Virus record (IMG/VR): IMGVR_UViG_3300031555_005516
DNA from: a virus
DNA: 64,000 bases
Direction: 5' to 3' (one strand)
Shown here: positions 1-8,619 of the stretch, in pieces
Layout: each line of letters opens with the position of its first letter
Position numbering within the stretch: the stretch's first letter is position 1
Translations under genes and position numbers: made by a program
Notes under the pieces: model-generated
What the model saw: only the letters and a program-made list of their open reading frames with translations
The model's database searches: none
What the model was told of the DNA's origin: nothing

Positions 1-65
1 GGAGAGATATGGGACTTGTCTATTGTTGACAAGTCCCCACCCAAAAGTTTGTGCAAAATGCCATA

Positions 66-94
66 TTGACAAATCATTAAGTATATGGTATAAT
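66..94 (+). promoter_or_regulatory. Class I sigma70-type promoter (TTGACA-N17-TATAAT with TG extension)
   Basis: TTGACA at 66-71, TGGTATAAT ending 94, 17 nt spacer; first of 13 near-identical early promoters. Confidence 0.7.
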
Positions 95-130
95 ATATAT
101 GTAAGATAAAGAAAGGAAAGGTACATATCT

Positions 131-421
131 ATGAGACCAAAAGAAATAAACTCTAATATTGACAGAATTATCCACACTTGCACCATCACTGCAAAGTCGA
201 ACGAAGTTCCAAATCTCACACTCCGTTTAAACGATTTGCCCGAAGATAAGGCAAAGAAAATCTATAAAATAGTAAAAAATGCGTTTCGTGAGGTAGAGGT
301 AGTTAGCGAAACCACAGGAGAGGTTTTGATATCTCATTATGTAGCTGATGATTGGTTCGTTCCGCTTTACCGCTATAATTCCATAATGGAAGCAATCATT
401 GCAGTGTGTGAGGGCGAGTAA
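131..421 (+). CDS. hypothetical protein in the antitoxin position, immediately upstream of a MazF-like toxin gene
   Basis: 96 aa ORF with RBS gaaaggaaagg; ends 27 nt before the mazF-like ORF. Confidence 0.45.
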   Translation: MRPKEINSNIDRIIHTCTITAKSNEVPNLTLRLNDLPEDKAKKIYKIVKNAFREVEVVSETTGEVLISHYVADDWFVPLYRYNSIMEAIIAVCEGE

Positions 422-447
422 TCGCCCTCTATAGAGAGGAGATACAT

Positions 448-780
448 ATGGAAATCAAAAGAGGACAAATATATTATGCTGATTTGTCGCCCGTCGTCGG
501 TAGCGAGCAAGGGGGATATAGACCAGTGCTTATAATTCAAAATGATATAGGCAATAAAAATGCGCCAACCACAATCGTTGCGGCAATCACTTCAGTTCAA
601 TCAAAAAAGCGCATACCAACTCACATAAATCTCTCAGGCGCACTAATAAAAGATAGTTGTATATTAACTGAACAGTTGCGTACGATAGACAAGAGCAGAT
701 TAAAATGGTTGGTAACCGAAATTGATGAAAGCCTTATGCAAAAGGTCAACAAAGCAATAATGAAAAGTTTGGGGGTTTAA
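448..780 (+). CDS. mazF: MazF/PemK-family endoribonuclease toxin
   Basis: 110 aa; motifs GQIYYADLSP, GYRPVLIIQND, APTTIVAAITS typical of the MazF/PemK/Kid fold; RBS agaggag. Confidence 0.7.
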   Translation: MEIKRGQIYYADLSPVVGSEQGGYRPVLIIQNDIGNKNAPTTIVAAITSVQSKKRIPTHINLSGALIKDSCILTEQLRTIDKSRLKWLVTEIDESLMQKVNKAIMKSLGV

Positions 781-782
781 AT

Positions 783-977
783 ATGAAAACAAAAATAGTA
801 GCAGTATATGAAAAAGAAGAAAAAGAGAAAATAATCGCATATCAAACTGCAGTAGATAATCTTGGGGATATCTGTGCAAATGTGGACTGTCAAGGTATGG
901 ACTGTCTAAGTTGTCCGTTATGGTCAGCACGTTGTAGCTATGAAAAATTGCAAGATAGCCTTTTGAATATTGTATAA
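783..977 (+). CDS. small Cys-rich protein
   Basis: 64 aa ORF starting 3 nt after mazF-like stop; CxxxxC...CxxC pattern. Confidence 0.35.
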   Translation: MKTKIVAVYEKEEKEKIIAYQTAVDNLGDICANVDCQGMDCLSCPLWSARCSYEKLQDSLLNIV

Positions 978-1009
978 GAGAGGGCGCCCGCCCTCTTTTT
1001 TTCTTTTTA
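978..1009 (+). terminator. rho-independent terminator
   Basis: GC hairpin agagggcgcccgccctct followed by T-tract. Confidence 0.7.
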
Positions 1010-1104
1010 TCGGGCGGCACGAGCACAGTCGCGCGCGTGCCGATTTATCTGCAAGCCGGCATTTTGCACAAAAATCTGCACAAAACTTTGTTGATTATTA
1101 CCTA

Positions 1105-1133
1105 TTGACAAATCCCGATAAATGTGGTATAAT
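1105..1133 (+). promoter_or_regulatory. Class I promoter driving a short non-coding transcript
   Basis: TTGACA 1105-1110, TATAAT 1128-1133; followed by GTCAAGAGG start region but no ORF. Confidence 0.6.
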
Positions 1134-1139
1134 AAGTAT

Positions 1140-1250
1140 GTCAAGAGGAAAGGACGGTTGCAAGAGTAGTCGCAACTCCGCAAGGATAACCAAAGACTTT
1201 CTCTACTGCAATAGAGTAAAGACAAGTAGCAAAGTCTTTTGAAAATTTTT
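1140..1250 (+). ncRNA. candidate small RNA (promoter-proximal transcript ending in hairpin aaagacttt...aaagtcttttg)
   Basis: no ORF between two tandem promoters; inverted repeat caaagacttt / aaagtcttttg at 3' end. Confidence 0.3.
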
Positions 1251-1271
1251 GCAGAAATTTTCAAAAACCTC

Positions 1272-1300
1272 TTGACAAATACATAAAAGTATGGTATAAT
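1272..1300 (+). promoter_or_regulatory. Class I promoter
   Basis: TTGACA 1272-1277, TATAAT 1295-1300. Confidence 0.7.
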
Positions 1301-1330
1301 ATAGATACCAAAGAAAGAAAGGAAATACTT

Positions 1331-1753
1331 ATGAAAGAAATTATTCACTATACTTATGAAGCTTTTGACGGAAAATCTTTTACAAATGCAAAAGAGTGCC
1401 AAGAATATGAAGCTACTTTACGGTCAAAAAGTCTCGGTTTAAAAATGCTTAATGATGAATTTCAAGAGCTTACTCTTGATGAAGAAGGGTATGAAAGTGC
1501 ATATTATCTTATCATCAATAAGCAAGAAGATATTGAATATATAAAGCATATTGCAACAGAATATGGGTATTCTTATCCGTGGGATAGAGGCTCTAATTGC
1601 AAAGAAAAAATCGGAATTTATAAATATAATTGCAAATATGATGGTTGGGAAAATTACGATGATATCTTCGCTGAAATCAGAGAAACTTATACAAAGTTGC
1701 TTACTTTCCGCAAAGATATGACACCCTTTGAGCGCAAAAGCTCCACCGTATAA
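1331..1753 (+). CDS. hypothetical protein
   Basis: 140 aa ORF, RBS aaggaaa, behind class I promoter. Confidence 0.5.
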   Translation: MKEIIHYTYEAFDGKSFTNAKECQEYEATLRSKSLGLKMLNDEFQELTLDEEGYESAYYLIINKQEDIEYIKHIATEYGYSYPWDRGSNCKEKIGIYKYNCKYDGWENYDDIFAEIRETYTKLLTFRKDMTPFERKSSTV

Positions 1754-1802
1754 TGCGGTGGACTAAGGAAGAGCGCATTGGAAAAATTTGGAAATTCGCA
1801 TC

Positions 1803-2108
1803 AAAGGAGAAAAAATGAAATACTATAAAATAACCACAACCACAATCTTCTGTGGTACTGACAACGAACACTATATTGCTTCACAAGAGCCTATGAGCGA
1901 AGAAGAATTGCGAGAAACCGCAGAAGAATTAACAAGAGAAAATGCGGAAAGTTTCGAATATCTTGTAACAGGTTGGAATGACGAGAATGTGGAAGATATG
2001 AACGAAGATGAAATTCAAGAGCTTCTTGATAATTATTATGCCGATTGCTCTTATGAGTATGAGGAAATTTCAAAAGAAGAATATGAAGAAAACATGGGTG
2101 TGGAATAA
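1803..2108 (+). CDS. acidic hypothetical protein
   Basis: ORF in frame of 1788..2108, start at ATG 1803 after RBS aaaggagaaaaa; very acidic C-terminus. Confidence 0.45.
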   Translation, partial: KGEKMKYYKITTTTIFCGTDNEHYIASQEPMSEEELRETAEELTRENAESFEYLVTGWNDENVEDMNEDEIQELLDNYYADCSYEYEEISKEEYEENMGVE

Positions 2109-2190
2109 TCCACACCCATTGACTTTTATAAAATTTTATATTATAATATAAATGTAAAAAGAAATAAGAGATACAAGGAGGTCGCGCGGT

Positions 2191-2493
2191 ATGAAGTATC
2201 ACTTCATCCACGCTCTTGTCATCACTTCTTTTGAATCATCACTAACTCCCCTTGATTGGGAAACCCTCTCAGCGCAAGACTATCCACTTCACACGCTATA
2301 TTGTGAAGAGTTGGGCGCCCTTCTCTTTCATTCTGACAATCAAAAAAATGATTGTGCAGAGTTAATCTCCTTCTTAAAGGAAACATTTAAAATTTTAAGC
2401 ATTCCTGCTGAATGGGAAAATAAAATTATAATTATGAGTGATGATGAAAATGAGTATGATGCGCAAGACGTGTTGAAACACTTCAGCCATTAA
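2191..2493 (+). CDS. hypothetical protein
   Basis: 100 aa ORF with RBS aaggagg. Confidence 0.4.
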   Translation: MKYHFIHALVITSFESSLTPLDWETLSAQDYPLHTLYCEELGALLFHSDNQKNDCAELISFLKETFKILSIPAEWENKIIIMSDDENEYDAQDVLKHFSH

Positions 2494-2718
2494 GCTGACG
2501 GACGAAGGCGGTCGCGCCAAGTCCGATTTTCCGCGACTTAGACCTCTGCAACATTTGCCGCGAATTTTGTCAAAAGTTCGGGGCTTTTTCTTTTTCCTGC
2601 AATTACCCACACGCAACTTAAAGTGCCGGCCGGCGCCTTTTCAGCCGAGCGGCGCCGTTTTGTGCATTTTGTATACTTCTCGCTATTTTTCTGCTGAAAG
2701 TTTGTGCAACATTACCAC

Positions 2719-2747
2719 TTGACATTTTCCCTTAAATGTGGTATAAT
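2719..2747 (+). promoter_or_regulatory. Class I promoter
   Basis: TTGACA 2719-2724, TATAAT 2742-2747. Confidence 0.7.
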
Positions 2748-2773
2748 ATAGGTGTGAAAGAGAGGTAAACACC

Positions 2774-3241
2774 ATGAACAACGAAATCATCAAAGCAATG
2801 AACAGAAAGTCCAAGAAGAACACCTTCCGCAAGTGGTGGAGCAAGAACGGCTATAAGGTCAACAGAGTAATCTTCTTCCCTATCTGGATTATAATGGTTA
2901 TCTCTGAAAAGATACAGAAGAAACTCAATGCTCGCCAAGTATGGAACGAGGAGAGAGTTGACGAAATCCTTCGCTACTATATTCCCCGTAGAGCAGAATG
3001 GGATGCCGAAGAAGAGGAATTCTACTTCTTTGACAACGGCTACGGATGGAACATGAACCTCGCTAAACAGTATCTCAAAAGAAAAGACCGCAGATGGTGG
3101 AAAAACCACACACATTGGGGCGGTGGCGATGTTCGCAAGTATTTGATTGAAAAGTTTGAGCTGGAGGGCTTCACTAAAAAGGTAGTAAGCGACTATTCCG
3201 ACCAAACTGAAATCATCTTCAAGTTGAACGAAAAAAATTAA
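2774..3241 (+). CDS. hypothetical protein
   Basis: 155 aa ORF, RBS gagaggtaaa. Confidence 0.5.
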   Translation: MNNEIIKAMNRKSKKNTFRKWWSKNGYKVNRVIFFPIWIIMVISEKIQKKLNARQVWNEERVDEILRYYIPRRAEWDAEEEEFYFFDNGYGWNMNLAKQYLKRKDRRWWKNHTHWGGGDVRKYLIEKFELEGFTKKVVSDYSDQTEIIFKLNEKN

Positions 3242-3260
3242 AAAAATTTCTCAAAACCTC

Positions 3261-3289
3261 TTGACAAATCGCCACTTTTGTGGTATAAT
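3261..3289 (+). promoter_or_regulatory. Class I promoter driving non-coding transcript
   Basis: TTGACA 3261-3266, TATAAT 3284-3289; ~160 nt with no ORF before the next promoter. Confidence 0.6.
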
Positions 3290-3464
3290 AATAATGTCAA
3301 GAGGGGAACACAAGACCGAAAGACAAGAAACAGTGGACAGGCAGATACGATACTTTCAAGGACAGTGCGCACTGACTCGCTTGGGTTGGACTCAGAAACA
3401 ATTCTGTTGAGTATGAGTAGGTCTTGTATAAGAAAAATAGTTGCAAATATTTTTCGAAAACCTC

Positions 3465-3493
3465 TTGACAAAACCTACATAATATGGTATAAT
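3465..3493 (+). promoter_or_regulatory. Class I promoter
   Basis: TTGACA 3465-3470, TATAAT 3488-3493. Confidence 0.7.
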
Positions 3494-3519
3494 ATAAGTG
3501 TGAAAGAGAGGTAATACTT

Positions 3520-3696
3520 ATGAATATTAAAGGTAAAACATACTTTTGTCCTTGTTGCCACAATCCTGTAGCCATAGGTAAGCAAGGTTGGTCGCCAAGT
3601 TTCCTTAAATATAATGAAGAATACTTTTGTCCCGATTGCAACCAAACTTTTGTAGTAAGATATGAGAGAGTGAGGGTAGATATTATCAATGATTAA
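3520..3696 (+). CDS. small zinc-ribbon protein
   Basis: 58 aa, two CxxC pairs (CPCC...CPDC); RBS gagaggtaa; not in ORF track (<60 aa). Confidence 0.4.
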   Translation: MNIKGKTYFCPCCHNPVAIGKQGWSPSFLKYNEEYFCPDCNQTFVVRYERVRVDIIND

Positions 3697-3868
3697 ATGT
3701 CCAAATTGCGGTAGCACCGCACAAGTCTACAAAATTGACGATAGACAGTGCGCACTTACCAAAATAGAAAAATATAAATGTGGGTGTGGGTGCAACTTTT
3801 CTGCCGTATGGGAATTGAAACAAATTCACGACGGGAAAAAAATATATGATGTTGAAATGAGGAAATGA
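3689..3868 (+). CDS. small zinc-ribbon protein
   Basis: 59 aa, CPNCGS...CGCGC; overlaps previous stop (ATGATTAA). Confidence 0.4.
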   Translation: MIKCPNCGSTAQVYKIDDRQCALTKIEKYKCGCGCNFSAVWELKQIHDGKKIYDVEMRK

Positions 3869-3869
3869 A

Positions 3870-4121
3870 ATGAATAAAATCAAAACCTTTTTCAATCTTG
3901 ACCGCCCATATGAGTTTGATATCACAGACATAACCGCTTTAATCTACACGATATGCGCTATAGGTGTTATGTGCGGAGTGGATATGACGATACTGTTCTT
4001 CATAGGCTCGGCAATATCAACCGCATTTTGTTTTCAAACAAGGCGGCTAAACCTTATACTATTAAATGTATCGCTTTTTGCGATGAACGGATACTATATT
4101 ATCAATTTGATTTGGGGGTAA
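3870..4121 (+). CDS. small membrane protein
   Basis: 83 aa with two hydrophobic segments. Confidence 0.4.
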   Translation: MNKIKTFFNLDRPYEFDITDITALIYTICAIGVMCGVDMTILFFIGSAISTAFCFQTRRLNLILLNVSLFAMNGYYIINLIWG

Positions 4122-4123
4122 AT

Positions 4124-4312
4124 ATGAAAATTGTAATGACTACAAAAGAATACGAAGAAACGAGAGATAATGTCTTGGTTGACCCTTGTGCATTTATTAA
4201 TTGTAGCACTCTTAAATGCGACCATTGTCCACTAAGAGAAGCCGCACAGAAGGTGCGTGAAGCACAAGATAGTTTTATGAAGGTTATCAATTCAATTTAT
4301 CAGGGAGAGTAA
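4124..4312 (+). CDS. small Cys-containing protein
   Basis: 62 aa in the frame of ORF 3953..4312, start at ATG 4124; followed by hairpin+T tract. Confidence 0.35.
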   Translation: MKIVMTTKEYEETRDNVLVDPCAFINCSTLKCDHCPLREAAQKVREAQDSFMKVINSIYQGE

Positions 4313-4329
4313 TCTCCCTTTTCTTTTGC
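4304..4329 (+). terminator. rho-independent terminator
   Basis: hairpin gggagagtaatctccc followed by ttttcttttg. Confidence 0.6.
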
Positions 4330-4449
4330 CCGGCGCGCGCCCGACCGTTGCGCGCCGTTTTTGTGCAAAGTGCACAATTTCACATCTTTTTTCGCCAAAT
4401 GTTTGTGCAACTTGACGAAAAGAAATTTCCCATTTTCTCTTGACATTTT

Positions 4450-4478
4450 GCGCCCTTTGTGGTATAATATTAATGTAG
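4450..4478 (+). promoter_or_regulatory. Class I promoter driving short non-coding transcript
   Basis: TTGACA 4450-4455, TATAAT 4473-4478; ~60 nt transcript GTAGTCAAGGGGCAGGG... with no ORF. Confidence 0.6.
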
Positions 4479-4557
4479 TCAAGGGGCAGGGAGTTCTACC
4501 AAACCGAATGGGGCGATGTAAGCTAAAAAAATTTTTGAAAAACTTTTCAAAAACCCC

Positions 4558-4586
4558 TTGACAAATCACTCAAAGTGTGGTATAAT
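4558..4586 (+). promoter_or_regulatory. Class I promoter
   Basis: TTGACA 4558-4563, TATAAT 4581-4586. Confidence 0.7.
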
Positions 4587-4614
4587 ATATACACAAGAGG
4601 AAAGGAGATAACAA

Positions 4615-5058
4615 ATGACGAAAGCAATCTACTTTGATTTAGATGGCACTATTGCTGACCTTTATGGCGTAGAGGGCTGGTTAGCAGACCTTGAAGCACA
4701 CCGCACTCGCCCTTATGACGAAGCCAAAGTAATGCACAATATGTCCGCACTTGCAAGAGCATTAAACAAGGCTCAACGCAACGGCTATCGTATAGGCATT
4801 ATATCGTGGCTATCTAAGAGCGCAACAGATGACTATAACAAAGCGGTCGCAAGAGCAAAGCGCAAATGGCTCAAAAAGCATCTCAAATCTGTAAACTTTG
4901 ATGAGGTGCATATAGTCCCCTATGGCACTCCAAAGTCAACAGTAACAAAAAATATCGGCATACTGTTTGATGATGAAGAGCGCAACCGCCTTGAGTGGAA
5001 AAAAGGCAAGGCATATCCGCCAGAAAAAATTTTTGAAGTTTTGAAAAAAATTTCGTAA
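4615..5058 (+). CDS. HAD-superfamily hydrolase (small phosphatase/nucleotidase-like)
   Basis: 147 aa; motif I FDLDGTI, later S/T and K motifs, DD near C-terminus. Confidence 0.55.
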   Translation: MTKAIYFDLDGTIADLYGVEGWLADLEAHRTRPYDEAKVMHNMSALARALNKAQRNGYRIGIISWLSKSATDDYNKAVARAKRKWLKKHLKSVNFDEVHIVPYGTPKSTVTKNIGILFDDEERNRLEWKKGKAYPPEKIFEVLKKIS

Positions 5059-5064
5059 AACCTC

Positions 5065-5093
5065 TTGACAAATCCGTCAAGATGTGATATAAT
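5065..5093 (+). promoter_or_regulatory. Class I promoter
   Basis: TTGACA 5065-5070, TATAAT 5088-5093. Confidence 0.7.
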
Positions 5094-5152
5094 ATATATG
5101 TCGAGAGGGAAAGGAAGCAATCCCCTATGACAGAAAGAGAGGAAAAAAAGAA

Positions 5153-5869
5153 ATGAACATTATGGTATTTGACACCGAAACCGCAGGTTGTTGCACTCAA
5201 ACCTTACTTAACATAGGCTATTGTATAGCAGATGTTGACCTAACCACTTTTAAGTATCGCATACTTAAAGGTAGAGATTATCTCATAGGCAAACATTATA
5301 AGAACCGTCTTTGGCTCTTGAATGATATGTTTGTTAAGGCAGAAAAACTTATCAAGTTTGATACCAATGTAGAAAATGGCTCTGCTATTCTCCGAACTGA
5401 AAAACAGATTTTTGAACAAATGTCAAGAGATATAGCGAAGTATGGTATAACCTATGGCTTTGCATACAACTCTGACTTTGACGAGGATAAATTCCGCAGA
5501 ACCGCAGTTGAACTTAATCTTCACAATCCCCTTGATGATATAAAGGTTGTCGATATATGGTGTAATGCACAGAATTGGATATGCTCCACCGAGGATTATA
5601 TCGCATTTTGCAATGAGTACGAACTCCGCACTCCAAGTGGTAAATATATCCCCACCTCTGTTGAGGGTGTAACCGCTTTCCTTAACAATGACAAGGAATT
5701 TGTCGAAGACCACACCGCACTTTCCGATGTGCAATGGGAACTCCGCATACTCTGTGAATTAGGTAAAAGAGGTTGCAACATATTTCAAGAGGGCGCAAGA
5801 AATGGCTGTCTCACTCCTGAAGGTGAATGGGTATTCCCTTTCCATAAGCGCAAAGAGGTAGAGGACTAA
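5153..5869 (+). CDS. DEDD-family 3'-5' exonuclease (DnaQ-like)
   Basis: 238 aa; Exo I motif MVFDTETAG at N-terminus, downstream acidic motifs. Confidence 0.55.
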   Translation: MNIMVFDTETAGCCTQTLLNIGYCIADVDLTTFKYRILKGRDYLIGKHYKNRLWLLNDMFVKAEKLIKFDTNVENGSAILRTEKQIFEQMSRDIAKYGITYGFAYNSDFDEDKFRRTAVELNLHNPLDDIKVVDIWCNAQNWICSTEDYIAFCNEYELRTPSGKYIPTSVEGVTAFLNNDKEFVEDHTALSDVQWELRILCELGKRGCNIFQEGARNGCLTPEGEWVFPFHKRKEVED

Positions 5870-5914
5870 GTCCTCTACCACCAAAAAAAATTTAAAAAAC
5901 TTTTCAAAAACCTA

Positions 5915-5943
5915 TTGACAAATCGTCAAAAGTATGATATAAT
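5915..5943 (+). promoter_or_regulatory. Class I promoter
   Basis: TTGACA 5915-5920, TATAAT 5938-5943. Confidence 0.7.
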
Positions 5944-6008
5944 ATGAATGTAAGGTTGAGATACACCTACAAAATAAAAAATATTTAAATAAAGAGAGGA
6001 AAAAAATT

Positions 6009-6404
6009 ATGGCAGAAATCAAGTACACACAGAAGCAGATGTATGAAGAGGTTATCAAGATGGCGAGCGGTGAGCCTACCTCAATCCCTATGGATAAGGT
6101 AATCGAGTTTGCCGAGAAGAAACTCGCACAGTTGGCAAACAAGGCTTCAGGCGGTTCGGCAAAGAAGGACGAGGAACAGGAAGCGTTCTTCGAGGTAATC
6201 CGTGACATTCTTTGCGAGTGCGCAGATGTCAAGGGTATGCAGTGCGGTGCTATCGCAAAGGACGAGAGAGCGGCAACTTTTGCTTGGAAAGACGGCAAGG
6301 AAACCTCTTCTCAGAGAGTGTCCGCAATGCTGAAGAAGCTCGTTGACAAGGGTGATGTGGTCAAGACCACTGACAAGAAAGTGACTTATTTTCGCCTTGC
6401 GTGA
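6009..6404 (+). CDS. small protein, member of a 4-copy paralogous family (MAxKKITK...KKVxYFxL)
   Basis: 131 aa; shares N-terminal MAEIK/MAEKKITK and C-terminal KKVTYFRL pattern with 6972..7406, 16021..16413 and 51847..52116. Confidence 0.5.
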   Translation: MAEIKYTQKQMYEEVIKMASGEPTSIPMDKVIEFAEKKLAQLANKASGGSAKKDEEQEAFFEVIRDILCECADVKGMQCGAIAKDERAATFAWKDGKETSSQRVSAMLKKLVDKGDVVKTTDKKVTYFRLA

Positions 6405-6445
6405 GTAAGCAAGGGAGAGGGCGCAAAACCCTCTCCCATACATAA

Positions 6446-6515
6446 CGGTGGGTAGTTTAGCGGTAAAAACAGTGTGTAGTAAGCACAGAGGTGAGTTCAA
6501 ATCTCACACCATCGC
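6446..6515 (+). ncRNA. tRNA-like element (imperfect; possibly degenerate tRNA)
   Basis: D-arm-like tagtttagcggtaaaaac and T-arm gtgag-ttcaaat-ctcac, acceptor pairing 6/7; only ~70 nt, anticodon arm ambiguous. Confidence 0.25.
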
Positions 6516-6585
6516 AGAGCATTAAATCCAAAGCCCCCTAAGCGCAAGGAGCGGTGAGAAAGTGAGAATGCTCAACCTCGAGGAT

Positions 6586-6617
6586 AGACCTCTGCGACGG
6601 CAGAGGTCTTTATTTTT
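6586..6617 (+). terminator. rho-independent terminator
   Basis: hairpin agacctctgcgacggcagaggtct followed by ttatttttg. Confidence 0.7.
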
Positions 6618-6744
6618 GCCGTGGCGCGAGCGGCCGCTCCGCCACGATTTTCCAGTTTTTTCCATAAGTGGCATTTTTTATCAAGCGCTTGGCGCCCGTC
6701 AATCTGCACAAAAAATTCCCTAAAACTTTGTGTAATATTCCGTA

Positions 6745-6773
6745 TTGACTTTTTTAATATTCTATGGTATAAT
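6745..6773 (+). promoter_or_regulatory. Class I promoter driving short non-coding transcript
   Basis: TTGACT 6745-6750, TATAAT 6768-6773; transcript CGTAGTCAAGGGGAGAGG... is a paralogue of the 4480 transcript. Confidence 0.6.
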
Positions 6774-6863
6774 ATTATCGTAGTCAAGGGGAGAGGCAAA
6801 GGGCGGTGAGGCTACCCGCTTGAATGAAACCAAAAAATTTTTTGAAAAAATTTCAAAAACCCC

Positions 6864-6892
6864 TTGACAAAACCACAAACTTGTGGTATAAT
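6864..6892 (+). promoter_or_regulatory. Class I promoter
   Basis: TTGACA 6864-6869, TATAAT 6887-6892. Confidence 0.7.
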
Positions 6893-6971
6893 ATATATGT
6901 AATCAAGAGGGAACACCCCTTGAAAATAAAAAATTTGAAAGGGCGGTCACAGACCGCAAAGGTAGAAAATT

Positions 6972-7406
6972 ATGGCAGAAAAGAAAATCACTAAGAGAGA
7001 GAATTTCGAGAACATTCGTGCATACCTTGAAGCCAACGGAAAGACCGAGTGGGCAGAGGTTATGGCTCACGAGATAGACCTCCTCGCTCGTAAGAACTCC
7101 AAATCCGCAACTCTCTCTCCCTCACAGAAAGACGCTCTTGCTATAGCGGAGATAGTCAAGGACATACTCGCAGAGGTCGAGGATAACAAGGGTATGACCG
7201 TAGGCGCAATCCTCAAAGACGAGCGCATAAAGTCCTATGTGTGCGCTAACGGAGATAGCGTATCTTCTCAGAAGATAACCGCTATATTCACTAAGGACAC
7301 CGTATCCGACAAGAACCCCAACGGCGCATTTATCCGTACTGTTGAGAAGAAAGTCGCATACTATTCCCTTAACTATGGTGTTGAGGGAGAGGGTGAGGGA
7401 GAGTAA
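6972..7406 (+). CDS. small protein, paralogous family member
   Basis: 144 aa; MAEKKITKREN... C-terminal KKVAYYSL; low-complexity GEGEGE tail. Confidence 0.5.
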   Translation: MAEKKITKRENFENIRAYLEANGKTEWAEVMAHEIDLLARKNSKSATLSPSQKDALAIAEIVKDILAEVEDNKGMTVGAILKDERIKSYVCANGDSVSSQKITAIFTKDTVSDKNPNGAFIRTVEKKVAYYSLNYGVEGEGEGE

Positions 7407-7454
7407 TCTCCCCACCCATTGAAAAAAATTTTTTAAAAAGTTTTACCAAACCTC

Positions 7455-7483
7455 TTGACAAATAGCCGAGAGTATGGTATAAT
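7455..7483 (+). promoter_or_regulatory. Class I promoter
   Basis: TTGACA 7455-7460, TATAAT 7478-7483. Confidence 0.7.
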
Positions 7484-7520
7484 ATATATGTCAAGAGGAC
7501 AGAAAGAGAGGTAAACAGAA

Positions 7521-7946
7521 ATGGCAAGTGCATACACTCCATACAGACTTAAAGGCGGTAGAGTAGTCAATGTTCCCAATGCTGAAATAACCAAACTCCA
7601 AACGGCTCTCAAATGTAGCAGAGCAGAAGCGGTTGATTGTTGGTTATATGACGAGGGATATATCGACTGTCCCGAAGCAGACGAGCTGACCGCCAAGGCA
7701 AAAGAAAACAAAGTAAGCAAAGGCGCAAGGGCAGAGGTCAAGCAGAAAACACAGAGAGAGCGAGTAGTTAAAGAGGATAAGGTCAAAGAGGACATTATCC
7801 AAGCGGTAGCGGATATGCTTCCTAATCTCCAAGCCGAGAATGTGGTCATAGAGAAAAAAGGAAAACTTATCACCTTTACCGTAGGCGCAGATAAATTCAA
7901 GTTTGACCTTATAAGACAAAGACCGCCCAAAGAAAGCAAGGGGTGA
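7521..7946 (+). CDS. hypothetical protein
   Basis: 141 aa ORF, RBS agagaggtaa. Confidence 0.45.
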   Translation: MASAYTPYRLKGGRVVNVPNAEITKLQTALKCSRAEAVDCWLYDEGYIDCPEADELTAKAKENKVSKGARAEVKQKTQRERVVKEDKVKEDIIQAVADMLPNLQAENVVIEKKGKLITFTVGADKFKFDLIRQRPPKESKG

Positions 7947-7985
7947 AAACCCCTTGCATACATAAAACGAAGGAGAGGAAATGAT

Positions 7986-8213
7986 ATGAAAATCTATGTA
8001 ACTATTGTCAAAGAAATAGAAGTCGATGATTGCTTTGAAGGTCTTGTGGACATTGAAGAGCCTATCAACTATCACGAACTTCACGAAGAATTTTGCAATC
8101 TTTTACAAGAGAAAATGGAGTTGCCGTTAGGTGCAAATGCAACCGAAACCACTACCGAATGGATAGAAGATGCCTATACAACAGATTGGCGTTGTTGTCT
8201 GTTTGAAAGTTAA
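7986..8213 (+). CDS. hypothetical acidic protein
   Basis: 75 aa, RBS aaggagagg. Confidence 0.4.
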   Translation: MKIYVTIVKEIEVDDCFEGLVDIEEPINYHELHEEFCNLLQEKMELPLGANATETTTEWIEDAYTTDWRCCLFES

Positions 8214-8254
8214 TATCAAACATCATCAAAAGAAGAAAGTGAGGAAGAAGAAAA

Positions 8255-8575
8255 ATGACCGCATACGAAGAACTAAAAGCGTGGTGTGAGAAACACCTTA
8301 ACACAGATTGTTATAAGGTAGTCCCAGAGTCTCGCTCCTATCTCGCAACTATCTATTTTGCCGAATTTGCCGATACAGGTTTAGGTATGGTTTGCTTTGC
8401 GCCTGATGGCTCAGTTGCAGGATTGGGCGCAATAGATGAGGATGATATGATGGAGCATATCGAGGACTATGAGCGCACAGAGAAAGCGCCAAAGCCTGAC
8501 CCTATGCCGACCTTTATTGGCGGACAGATGGTGCGCCAAATGATAGAGGCTTATGAACGCAATATGAATAAATAA
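8255..8575 (+). CDS. hypothetical protein
   Basis: 106 aa, RBS gaggaag. Confidence 0.45.
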   Translation: MTAYEELKAWCEKHLNTDCYKVVPESRSYLATIYFAEFADTGLGMVCFAPDGSVAGLGAIDEDDMMEHIEDYERTEKAPKPDPMPTFIGGQMVRQMIEAYERNMNK

Positions 8576-8579
8576 ATAA

Positions 8580-8617
8580 AGGTGTGCAGAATAACTAAAA
8601 ACTGCACACCTTTTTTG
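8580..8617 (+). terminator. rho-independent terminator ending the early plus-strand block
   Basis: hairpin aggtgtgcag...ctgcacacct followed by tttttt. Confidence 0.75.
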
Positions 8618-8619
8618 TG

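Noticed and set aside
5857-5890. Hairpin ggtagaggactaagtcctctacc after gene 5153..5869 as a terminator
   Set aside because: The hairpin is followed by an A-run rather than a T-run on the coding strand, so it is not a canonical intrinsic terminator for plus-strand transcription. The same reservation applies to the hairpins at 2096-2117, 6413-6437, 7395-7415 and 7937-7956.
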